The translations under genes and the position numbers were made by a program. 32,000 bases of DNA, taken from Methylorubrum extorquens (GTDB lineage Bacteria > Pseudomonadota > Alphaproteobacteria > Rhizobiales > Beijerinckiaceae). This document shows, one piece after another, positions 24,586 to 32,000 of this stretch (the stretch's first letter is position 1; each line of letters opens with the position of its first letter). The stretch lies in contig LT962688.1 of the NCBI GenBank assembly GCA_900234795.1, forward strand, positions 960,001 through 992,000, written 5' to 3'. The notes below the pieces were generated by a model. It did no database searches. It saw nothing but the letters and a program-made list of their open reading frames with translations, and was not told where the DNA came from.

Positions 24586-24599
24586 ACCGTCTGGACGGT
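24586..24599. promoter_or_regulatory. palindrome ACCGTC-TG-GACGGT, candidate TetR operator
   Basis: Perfect 6-2-6 inverted repeat in the 186-bp divergent region between the tetR-like gene and the first membrane-fusion-protein gene. Confidence 0.35.
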
Positions 24600-24656
24600 C
24601 GGTAAGATAGGCGATAAGCCTGCGCCGCGAAAGCCGTCCTCTCACGAATCGGCCGT

Positions 24657-25853
24657 ATGCCCCATCCCCGACGTCCGGAAACTCGGCCGATGTCCCCACG
24701 GCTCCGCCCCCTCCTCACCGCCACCGTCCTCACGGCCGCCCTGTCGGCCCTCCTGGTGACGGCGGCCTTTCCGGCGGATGCGCCCGCGACCTCCGCCCTC
24801 CCGGAGGCGGAAGACCCGTCCGTCGCGCTGGTGCGGGTCGTGACGGCGACGGAGGGCCCTGTCACCTCGGATGTGGTGCTCACCGGCGACATCCAGGCCC
24901 AGGCCCAGACCAACGTCGCTTTCCGCACCAACGGCAAGGTCGCCGAACGCCGTGTCGAGGTCGGCGATCACGTCACCGCCGATCAGGTGCTCGCGGTGCT
25001 GGAGCCGCTGACGCAGCGGGCGAACCTCGACAACGCCCGCGCCGCCCTGGTCTCGGCGGAGGCGCAGCTCACCCAGGCCAAGGTGACTTTCGAGCGCCAG
25101 AAGCAGCTCATCAACGGCGGCTACACCACGCGCCCGTCCTACGACAACGCCGAGCAGCAGCTGCGCACCTCCCAAGCCGCGGTCGATTCGGCCAAGGCGG
25201 CGCTCGGCACCGCCGAGGAACAGCTCTCCTATACCGAGCTGCGCGCGGGCGTATCCGGCATCGTCCTGAGTCGCACCTTCGAGGTCGGGCAGGTGGTGCA
25301 GGCGGGCCAAGCCGTGATGGTCCTGGCCCAGGACGGCCCGCGCGACGCGGTGTTCAACGTCTACGAGGCGCTGACGGCCCACCCGCCCGGCGACAAGACG
25401 ATCCACGTCACGCTCCAGTCCGATCCCGCGGCAGCGGCGACCGGTCACGTGCGCGAGATCTCGCCGACCGTGGACGCGGCGAGCGGCACGGTCCGCGTCA
25501 AAGTCGGGCTGGAAGCGACCCCGCCCGCAATGTCGCTCGGCGCCGTGGTGATCGGCCGGGGCCGCTTCGCCTCGCGCGAGGCCGTGGTGCTGCCCTGGTC
25601 GGCGCTCTACCGCTTCGACAACCGGCCGGCGGTGTGGATCTACGATTCCGCCGCGGGCACGGTCTCGATCCGCGGCGTCGAGATCGACCGCTACGGCTTC
25701 GACAACATCGTCCTGAAGGGCGGCGTCAGGTCCGGAGAAACGGTGGTGGTCGCCGGCATCCAGTTCCTCCGACCCGGCCAGCACGTCGCGCTGGCGGCAC
25801 AGGACGCCGCGCCGGAACCGACGAAATCCGCGGCGGGGGAGGGCGGACGATGA
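24657..25853 (+). CDS. RND efflux periplasmic adaptor (membrane fusion protein) 1
   Basis: HlyD/MFP pattern: VLTGDIQAQAQTNVAFRTNGKVAERRVEVGDHVTADQVLAVLEP, a coiled-coil segment, then YTELRAGVSGIV. The signal-like MSPRLRPLLTATVLTAALSALLV suggests the real start may be ATG 24690. Confidence 0.85.
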   Translation: MPHPRRPETRPMSPRLRPLLTATVLTAALSALLVTAAFPADAPATSALPEAEDPSVALVRVVTATEGPVTSDVVLTGDIQAQAQTNVAFRTNGKVAERRVEVGDHVTADQVLAVLEPLTQRANLDNARAALVSAEAQLTQAKVTFERQKQLINGGYTTRPSYDNAEQQLRTSQAAVDSAKAALGTAEEQLSYTELRAGVSGIVLSRTFEVGQVVQAGQAVMVLAQDGPRDAVFNVYEALTAHPPGDKTIHVTLQSDPAAAATGHVREISPTVDAASGTVRVKVGLEATPPAMSLGAVVIGRGRFASREAVVLPWSALYRFDNRPAVWIYDSAAGTVSIRGVEIDRYGFDNIVLKGGVRSGETVVVAGIQFLRPGQHVALAAQDAAPEPTKSAAGEGGR

Positions 25854-27013
25854 GGCACGCGCTCCTTGTCTGCGCCGTCGTTGCCGGCGCCGCTCCGCTC
25901 ACCGCCTGCCAGCCGTCGCAGGAGGCGCCCGCACCGCCGCCGGTGCGGCCGGTTCTGACCACCCTGGCACAGCCCACCGACAGCGTGATCTTCGGCCCCT
26001 TCGCCGGCACGGTCGAGCCGCGCTACCAGTCGCAGCTCGGTTTCCAGATCGGCGGACGGGTGGTGGCCCGCGACGTCACCGTCGGCGACGTCGTGAAGAA
26101 GGGCCAGCGCCTCGCGGCCCTCGACCCGATCGTCTCGCGGTTCGACCTCAGCCGCGCCGAGGCGGAACTGTCCGATGCCAAGGCCCAGGCCGAGAACGCG
26201 ACGGCCACCGAGGCGCGCACGCGGCGCCTGATGGAGGGCGGCAACGTCACCCAGGCCCAGCTCGACGCGGCGGTGGCCCGGCGCGACACCGCCCAAGCCC
26301 GCCTCTCCCAGGCCGGCGCCAGCCTGCAGAAGGCCCGCGACCAGATCGGCTACACCGAGCTGCGTGCCGATTTCGACGGCGTCGTTACCCAGCGGCTCGC
26401 CGAAATCGGGCAGGTCGTGAACCCGGGGCAGGGGATCGTGACGCTGGCCCGGCCCGAGACCCGCGAGGCCGTGGTCGACATCCCCGAGACGCCGGCCGGC
26501 GCCATGCCCAAGGACGGGCTGTTCACCGTGGTGCTCCAGAGCGCGCCGGAAATCACCGCCCGCGGCCGGGTGCGCGAGGTCGCCCCCTTCGCCGAAGCCG
26601 GCACCCGCACCCGCCGCGTCCGCCTGACCCTGGAAGAGCCCGGCCCCGCCTTCCGGCTCGGCGCCACCATCACCGTCGCGCTGGAGCGCCGCATCGAGCG
26701 CCGCTTCGTCCTGCCGGCCACCGCGCTTCTCGACGCCGATGGCCGCCGCTCGGTCTGGATCGTGCCGGCGGCCGACAAGCGCGGAGACGATAAGGCGGAC
26801 GGTCAAGCGGCCGTGCAAGAGGCCGTGCAGGGCGATGAGCCGGGCGACCGTCACGTCGAGCGCCGCGACGTGACCCTCGACGGGGACGGGCCGGACGGAA
26901 ACGGGCGCATCGCCGTGCGCACGGGGCTGAAACCCGGCGAGCGGGTCGTGGTCGCGGGCGCCCATTCCCTGCGCGACGGCCAGACCGTCCGGCTGGCCGA
27001 CGACCGGAACTGA
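25850..27013 (+). CDS. RND efflux periplasmic adaptor (membrane fusion protein) 2, lipoprotein-type
   Basis: The ATG overlaps the upstream stop (ATGA at 25850-25853). MRHALLVCAVVAGAAPLTAC is a lipobox. The MFP core includes FGPFAGTVEPRYQSQLGFQIGGRVVARDVTVGDVVKKGQRLAALDP and YTELRADFDGVV. Confidence 0.85.
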   Translation: MRHALLVCAVVAGAAPLTACQPSQEAPAPPPVRPVLTTLAQPTDSVIFGPFAGTVEPRYQSQLGFQIGGRVVARDVTVGDVVKKGQRLAALDPIVSRFDLSRAEAELSDAKAQAENATATEARTRRLMEGGNVTQAQLDAAVARRDTAQARLSQAGASLQKARDQIGYTELRADFDGVVTQRLAEIGQVVNPGQGIVTLARPETREAVVDIPETPAGAMPKDGLFTVVLQSAPEITARGRVREVAPFAEAGTRTRRVRLTLEEPGPAFRLGATITVALERRIERRFVLPATALLDADGRRSVWIVPAADKRGDDKADGQAAVQEAVQGDEPGDRHVERRDVTLDGDGPDGNGRIAVRTGLKPGERVVVAGAHSLRDGQTVRLADDRN

Positions 27014-27081
27014 GCCGGAACCCGGCAAGGGATTCGGCCCGGCAAGACATCCGGCAAGACATTCTGCAAAGGTTTCCGCGC

Positions 27082-30000
27082 GTGAAGGACTTCAACCTTT
27101 CCGATTGGGCGCTCGGCCACCGTTCGCTGGTCTGGTTCCTGATGCTCGTCTGCCTCGTGGCGGGCGTGATGGCCTATTCGCGCCTCGGCCGGGAGGAGGA
27201 CCCGCCCTTCGCCATCAAGACCATGGTGGTCCAGGCGAGCTGGCCCGGCGCCACGATCAAGGACACGCTCGATCAGGTCACCGACCGGATCGAGAAGGAG
27301 CTCCAGCAGATCAACGCGCTGGATTACGTGCGCAGCTACACCACGCCGGGGCAGGCGACGGTGTTCGTGCAGTTCCGCGACACGACCAAGAAGGAGGAAA
27401 TCCAGCCCGCCTTCTATCAGGTGCGCAAGCGCCTGGGCGACATCCAGCACACCTTCCCGCAAGGCGTGCAGGGCCCGTCGTTCAACGACGAGTTCGGTGA
27501 CGTCTACGGCAACGTTTACGCCTTCACCGCCGACGGCCTGACCCACCGGCAGCTGCGCGACTACGTCGAGGGCGTGCGCACCGAGATCCTCAAGGTGCCC
27601 AATATCGGCAAGACCCTGCTCATGGGCGTGCAGGGCGAGACGATCTATCTCGACTTCTCGACCCGTAAGCTCGCGGGCTACGGCATCGATCTCCAGGCCT
27701 TGATCAAGGCGCTGCAATCGCAGAACGCGGTGGCCGCCTCCGGCGTGGTCCAGGCGGGGCCGGAGCGGGTGAGCCTGCGGGTGAGCGGCCAGTTCTCCTC
27801 CGAGGAGTCGCTGCGCAACGTCAATCTGCGCTTCAACGACCGCTTCTTCCGCCTCGCGGACGTGGCCGAGATCTCCCGCGGCTACGAGGACCCGCCGGCC
27901 GCCCTGTTCCGCGTCGACGGCAAGCCGGCGATCGGGCTGGCCATCGCCATGCGCCCCAACGCCAACCTGCTCAAGTTCGGCGAGGATCTGAAGGAGCGCA
28001 TGCATCACGTCGAGGGCAAGCTGCCCATCGGCGTCGGCATCCACCTCGTCTCCGACCAGCCCAAGATCGTCGAGGAGGCGGTCAGTGGCTTCACCAAGGC
28101 GCTGGTCGAGGCGGTCGTCATCGTGCTGGTCGTGAGCTTCGTCAGCCTGGGCCTGCGCGCCGGGCTCGTGGTCGCGATCTCGATCCCGCTCGTGCTCGCC
28201 ATCGTCTTCGTCGTCATGCAGATCATGGGCGTCACGCTCCAGCGCATCTCGCTGGGCGCCCTCATCATCGCGCTCGGCCTGCTCGTGGACGACGCGATGA
28301 TCACCGTCGAGATGATGGTGGCCCGCCTCGAACTCGGCGACAACCTGAAGAAGGCGGCGACCTTCGCCTACACCTCCACCGCCTTTCCGATGCTCACCGG
28401 CACGCTGGTGACGGTGGCGGGCTTCCTGCCAATCGGCTTCAACGGCTCCTCGGCGGGCGAGTATACCTACTCGCTGTTCGTGGTGATCGCCGCTTCGCTG
28501 CTGGTCTCCTGGGTCGTCGCGGTGCTGTTCGCGCCGCTGCTCGGCGTGACCATCCTGCCCAAGACCATGAAGCACCATGCCGAGCGGCAGGGCCTGTTCA
28601 CCCGCATCTTCATGGCGGTCCTTCGGGTCGCGATGCGGCTGCGCTGGATCACCGTGATCGCCTGCGTCGCCCTGATGGGGCTGGCGGTGGTCGGGATGGG
28701 CCACGTGCAGCAGCAGTTCTTCCCGTCCTCCGACCGCTCCGAGCTTCTCGTCGACCTGACCCTGCCGCAGAACGCCACCATCGCCGAGACGCGGGCGCAG
28801 ATGGACCGCTTCGAGGCCCGGCTGAAGGCCGATCCCGACATCGAGCGCTGGAGCTCCTATGTCGGCCAGGGCGCGGTGCGCTTCTACCTGCCGCTGGACC
28901 AGCAGCTCGCCAACGCCTTCTTCGGGCAGATCGTGATCGTCACGAAGTCGCTGGAGGTGCGCGACACGGTCATGGAGCGGCTGCAGAAGTTCGGCCGGCA
29001 CGACTTCGTCGGCACCGACGTCCTGGTGCAGCCGCTCAGCCTCGGCCCGCCGGTGGGGCGCCCGATCCAGTACCGTCTCTCCGGCCCCGACGTGCAGGAG
29101 GTGCGCCGGCTCGGGCTCAAGCTCGCCGACGTGGTGGCGACCGACAAGCGGCTCGCCGTGCCGACCTTCGACTGGAACGAGCCCGGCAAGGTGCTGCGCG
29201 TCGAGATCCTGCAGGACAAGGCGCGCCAGCTCGGCGTCACCAGCCAGGACATCGCCGGCATCCTCAACGCCGTCGTCGGCGGCCAAGCGATCACGCAGGT
29301 GCGCGATTCGATCTACCTCGTGAACGTGGTCGGCCGGGCGCGCACCGTGGAGCGCACCTCACTCGACACGCTCCAGAGCCTTCAGGTCGCGCTCTCCAAC
29401 GGCTCGGTCGTGCCGATCCTGGCCTTCGCCAAGATCGATTACGATCTGGAGCAGCCGATCGTCTGGCGCCGCGACCGGGTGCCGACGCTCACCGTGCGGG
29501 CCACCATCAACGACGCGACCCAGCCCCCCACCGTCGTCGCCGCGCTCCAGCCGGCCATCGACGCCTACATGAAGGCGCTGCCGGAGGGCTACACGCTGGC
29601 GGTCGGCGGCGCGGTCGAGGAGGCGGGCAAGGGCCAGGGCCCGATCGCCGCGGTCGTGCCGGTGATGCTGCTGGCCATGGCGGTGTTCCTGATGATCCAG
29701 CTCCAGAGCTTCCAGAAGCTCTTCCTGGTCTTTTCCGTCGCGCCGCTCGGCTTGATCGGTGTGGTCCCGGCGCTGCTGCTGTTCGACAAGCCGATGGGCT
29801 TCGTCGCCATCCTCGGCATTCTGGCGTTGATCGGTATCATCGTGCGCAACGCCGTGATCCTGGTCAGCCAGATCGAGGAATGCGAGGCCGAGGGGATGGC
29901 GCCCTGGGACGCGGTGGTCGAGGCCACCCGCCACCGCATGCGGCCGATCCTGCTCACGGCGGCGGCGGCGAGCCTCGGCCTGGTCCCGATCGCCCGCGAG

Positions 30001-30144
30001 GTGTTCTGGGGGCCGATGGCCTACGCGATGATCGGCGGCATCCTGGCCGCGACAGCCCTGACGCTGCTGTTCCTGCCCGCACTCTATGTCGGCTGGTACA
30101 GGATCAGGCCGCCCTCGCGCGACGCGGCAGCGCCCGGCCATTGA
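27082..30144 (+). CDS. RND-family efflux transporter permease (AcrB/TriC-like)
   Basis: 1020 aa with a 12-TM RND architecture. The N-terminus (FNLSDWALGHRSLVWFLMLV...REEDPPFAIKTMVV) and the C-terminus (ATRHRMRPILLTAAAASLGLVPIA) are conserved. Confidence 0.95.
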   Translation: MKDFNLSDWALGHRSLVWFLMLVCLVAGVMAYSRLGREEDPPFAIKTMVVQASWPGATIKDTLDQVTDRIEKELQQINALDYVRSYTTPGQATVFVQFRDTTKKEEIQPAFYQVRKRLGDIQHTFPQGVQGPSFNDEFGDVYGNVYAFTADGLTHRQLRDYVEGVRTEILKVPNIGKTLLMGVQGETIYLDFSTRKLAGYGIDLQALIKALQSQNAVAASGVVQAGPERVSLRVSGQFSSEESLRNVNLRFNDRFFRLADVAEISRGYEDPPAALFRVDGKPAIGLAIAMRPNANLLKFGEDLKERMHHVEGKLPIGVGIHLVSDQPKIVEEAVSGFTKALVEAVVIVLVVSFVSLGLRAGLVVAISIPLVLAIVFVVMQIMGVTLQRISLGALIIALGLLVDDAMITVEMMVARLELGDNLKKAATFAYTSTAFPMLTGTLVTVAGFLPIGFNGSSAGEYTYSLFVVIAASLLVSWVVAVLFAPLLGVTILPKTMKHHAERQGLFTRIFMAVLRVAMRLRWITVIACVALMGLAVVGMGHVQQQFFPSSDRSELLVDLTLPQNATIAETRAQMDRFEARLKADPDIERWSSYVGQGAVRFYLPLDQQLANAFFGQIVIVTKSLEVRDTVMERLQKFGRHDFVGTDVLVQPLSLGPPVGRPIQYRLSGPDVQEVRRLGLKLADVVATDKRLAVPTFDWNEPGKVLRVEILQDKARQLGVTSQDIAGILNAVVGGQAITQVRDSIYLVNVVGRARTVERTSLDTLQSLQVALSNGSVVPILAFAKIDYDLEQPIVWRRDRVPTLTVRATINDATQPPTVVAALQPAIDAYMKALPEGYTLAVGGAVEEAGKGQGPIAAVVPVMLLAMAVFLMIQLQSFQKLFLVFSVAPLGLIGVVPALLLFDKPMGFVAILGILALIGIIVRNAVILVSQIEECEAEGMAPWDAVVEATRHRMRPILLTAAAASLGLVPIAREVFWGPMAYAMIGGILAATALTLLFLPALYVGWYRIRPPSRDAAAPGH

Positions 30145-30435
30145 GGCCGGGCAGGCCGGCGCCGGCGGTCCCCGCGCCGGCTACATCCCGCGGCATCCGG
30201 CGGATTCGAGACGATCACGCACAGATGAAACCAGTTGTATTATGCATCTCACGCGTTTCGGGCCGAGATTTTTGCGCTTGAGCGCATGACCTCTGCTTTC
30301 GATGCATAGCCGTCCTGTGCGGCAACACGCGTCGCCAAAACCCCTTTGCGGATGTCAAGCCATCCGCTAGGCACGTCCCGAACGCCGCGCCAAGGCGGCG
30401 GCTCCGATCACCTTCAGGCGAGCCGGCTGCCCGCG

Positions 30436-31770
30436 ATGACCACCGACCACGCCACGGCCAATTCCCACCCGCTCGAGCGCGACGCGCAAGTGGCCATGAG
30501 CCACCACGACGTCAGCCCCAATGACATCGCGCTCGGCGTGGTGATCGGGCGGGCGTCGGAATATTTCGACTTCTTCGTGTTCGGCATCGCCTCGGTGCTG
30601 GTGTTCCCGAAGGTGTTCTTCCCCTTCGCCGCCCCGCTCACGGGCACGCTCTACTCGTTCGCCATCTTCGCGCTGGCCTTCATCGCCCGCCCGCTCGGGT
30701 CGGTCTTCTTCATGTGGGTCCACAAGCGGCACGGACGCGGGGTGAAGCTCACCCTCGCCCTGTTTCTGCTCGGCGGCTCGACCGCGGCGATCAGCTTCCT
30801 GCCGAGCTACAACTCGATCGGCGTCGTCGCCATCGAGCTGCTCGCGGTGCTGCGGGTCGCGCAGGGCTTCGCGCTCGGCGGCGCCTGGGACGGCATGGCC
30901 TCGCTGCTCGCCCTCAACGCGCCGCGGGAGCGCCGCGGCTGGTACGCGATGATCCCGCAGCTCGGCGCACCGTTCGGCTTCATGGTGGCGAGCGCGCTGT
31001 TCGCGTTCTTCTCCGTCAATCTGACCCCTGAGGATTTCACCGACTGGGGCTGGCGCTTCCCGTTCTTCTGCGCCTTCACCATCAACGTCGTGGCCCTGTT
31101 CGCGCGGCTCCGGCTCGTGGCCACCCCCGAATTCACCCGGCTTCTCGACAAGGGTCGGCTCGAGCCCGTCAGCGTCGTCGATCTCGCCCGCCACCACGCC
31201 CTCGACGTGTGGATCGGCGCCTTCGTGCCGCTGGCGAGCTTCGCCCTGTTCCACCTCGTCACGATCTTCCCGATCGCGTGGCTCGCCCTGTCGAGCGAGC
31301 GCTCCGCCGGCGACTTCCTGATGGTGCAGTTCTCCGGCGCCATGGTTTGCGCCGGCGCGATCGCCGCCTCGGGCCTGATCGCCGACCAGATCGGGCGGCG
31401 CAACGTGCTGCTGATCAGCGCCGGGCTGATCGCCGTGTTCGCCTGCGGCAGCATCCTGGCGCCGCTGATCTTCGGCGAGAACGCCATTGGCCAGACGATC
31501 TACGTCAATATCGGCTTCATGCTGCTCGGCCTGTCCTACGGCCAGACCGCCGGTGCCGTAACCTCGCGGCTGGGCGGGCGCTACCGCTACACCGGCGCGG
31601 CGCTCACCTCCGACCTCGCCTGGCTGTTCGGCGCGGGCTTCGCTCCCCTCGTGGTGCTTTACCTCTCCACCGAGTACGGGCTCGCGATGGTCGGCGTGTA
31701 CCTGCTGTCGGGCGCGCTCGCGACGCTGCTCGCGCTCTCCCTCGACCGGTCCGAGATGCGCCAGATGTGA
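30436..31770 (+). CDS. MFS transporter (metabolite:H+ symporter-like)
   Basis: Multiple TM segments. The motifs GRASEYFDFFVFGIASVLVFPKVFFP and RPLGSVFFMWVHKRHGRGVKLTLALFLLG are typical of the MHS subfamily. ATG 30436 was chosen; the ORF is open from 30346. Confidence 0.8.
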   Translation: MTTDHATANSHPLERDAQVAMSHHDVSPNDIALGVVIGRASEYFDFFVFGIASVLVFPKVFFPFAAPLTGTLYSFAIFALAFIARPLGSVFFMWVHKRHGRGVKLTLALFLLGGSTAAISFLPSYNSIGVVAIELLAVLRVAQGFALGGAWDGMASLLALNAPRERRGWYAMIPQLGAPFGFMVASALFAFFSVNLTPEDFTDWGWRFPFFCAFTINVVALFARLRLVATPEFTRLLDKGRLEPVSVVDLARHHALDVWIGAFVPLASFALFHLVTIFPIAWLALSSERSAGDFLMVQFSGAMVCAGAIAASGLIADQIGRRNVLLISAGLIAVFACGSILAPLIFGENAIGQTIYVNIGFMLLGLSYGQTAGAVTSRLGGRYRYTGAALTSDLAWLFGAGFAPLVVLYLSTEYGLAMVGVYLLSGALATLLALSLDRSEMRQM

Positions 31771-31822
31771 GTTTTGCCCCGCTGGCGGAGACTCATCTCG
31801 CCGCGGGACCGGAAGCGCTTTC

Positions 31823-31849
31823 CGCCGAACCCTGGATGCCGGTTCGGCG
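31823..31849 (+). terminator. GC-rich hairpin downstream of the MFS gene (CGCCGAACC-N9-GGTTCGGCG)
   Basis: Perfect 9-bp stem. There is no U-tract, so an intrinsic-terminator role is uncertain. Confidence 0.25.
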
Positions 31850-31880
31850 CCAGAAAGCGCGTCACAACAAGGTCCCGGAA

Positions 31881-31910
31881 AGGCCGAGCCTGACACCGTC
31901 GGCTCGGCCT
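31881..31910 (+). terminator. GC-rich hairpin (AGGCCGAGCC-N10-GGCTCGGCCT)
   Basis: Perfect 10-bp stem about 30 nt after the previous hairpin. No U-tract. Confidence 0.25.
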
Positions 31911-32000
31911 CTCCGGAGAGAAACGAACCGCCGCCACGCGGGAAGTCACCCGCGCGGCCCTTGCGATGGAACGAAGATTCGTGGCCATGACCGCCGACCG

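Noticed and set aside
26851-29286. Very long antisense ORFs opposite real genes: 811 aa opposite the RND pump, 509 aa at 30367..31896 opposite the MFS gene, 484 aa at 21694..23148 opposite the kinase, and 445 aa at 25691..27028 opposite the adaptor.
   Set aside because: Their translations are Arg/Gly/Asp/His-rich low-complexity strings. They arise because stop codons are rare on the antisense strand of high-GC genes. The sense-strand products have clear family signatures.
1-32000. I looked for CRISPR arrays, rRNA, retron or reverse-transcriptase genes, and a second copy of the tRNA-Gln 3' end (att repeat).
   Set aside because: No regularly spaced direct repeats, no RT motifs (YxDD) and no rRNA-like segments were seen. 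No second tRNA-derived repeat was found by eye. A computational repeat search is needed to be certain.

Overview
High-GC alphaproteobacterial DNA. A Ros/MucR gene points to Rhizobiales-like bacteria, possibly Methylobacterium/Bradyrhizobium-like. All family calls come from motif recognition by eye; no searches were run.

The window splits in two at about 16.8 kb.

(1) Positions 1 to ~16.8 kb look like a tRNA-Gln-associated integrative island. A tyrosine integrase (15713-16762) and a small Xis-like gene abut the 3' end of tRNA-Gln(CUG) (16802-16875, minus strand). The cargo is almost entirely accessory or hypothetical:
- an MtlR-like HEPN protein convergent with an HNH nuclease
- an acyltransferase-3 membrane protein
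- a run of tiny overlapping genes
- a Ros/MucR paralogue lacking the zinc-ligand cysteines
- a VapB45/VapC45-like (HTH-DUF433 / PIN-like) toxin-antitoxin pair
- a minus-strand set of acidic hypothetical genes split by an intact IS5-family (IS427-like) element with a -1 frameshift
- a DUF1281/Api92-like protein
- a translationally coupled four-gene operon (420-aa PcfJ-like? protein, 75-aa RDxRGxxVG-repeat protein, coiled-coil J-domain protein, unannotated 42-aa membrane peptide)
- a visibly AT-rich nested segment carrying an RHH-fusion gene

(2) Positions ~16.9-32 kb look like chromosomal backbone:
- two glycosyltransferases
- two orphan LuxR-type regulators with degenerate receiver domains
- a soluble HisKA_3 kinase with a canonical NarL-type regulator
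- a TetR regulator divergent from a TriABC-like efflux operon (two tandem membrane-fusion proteins plus one RND pump, no outer-membrane factor)
- an MFS transporter

No CRISPR array, rRNA or reverse transcriptase was seen. The most interesting candidate for an undescribed system is the J-domain operon at 11996-14089.
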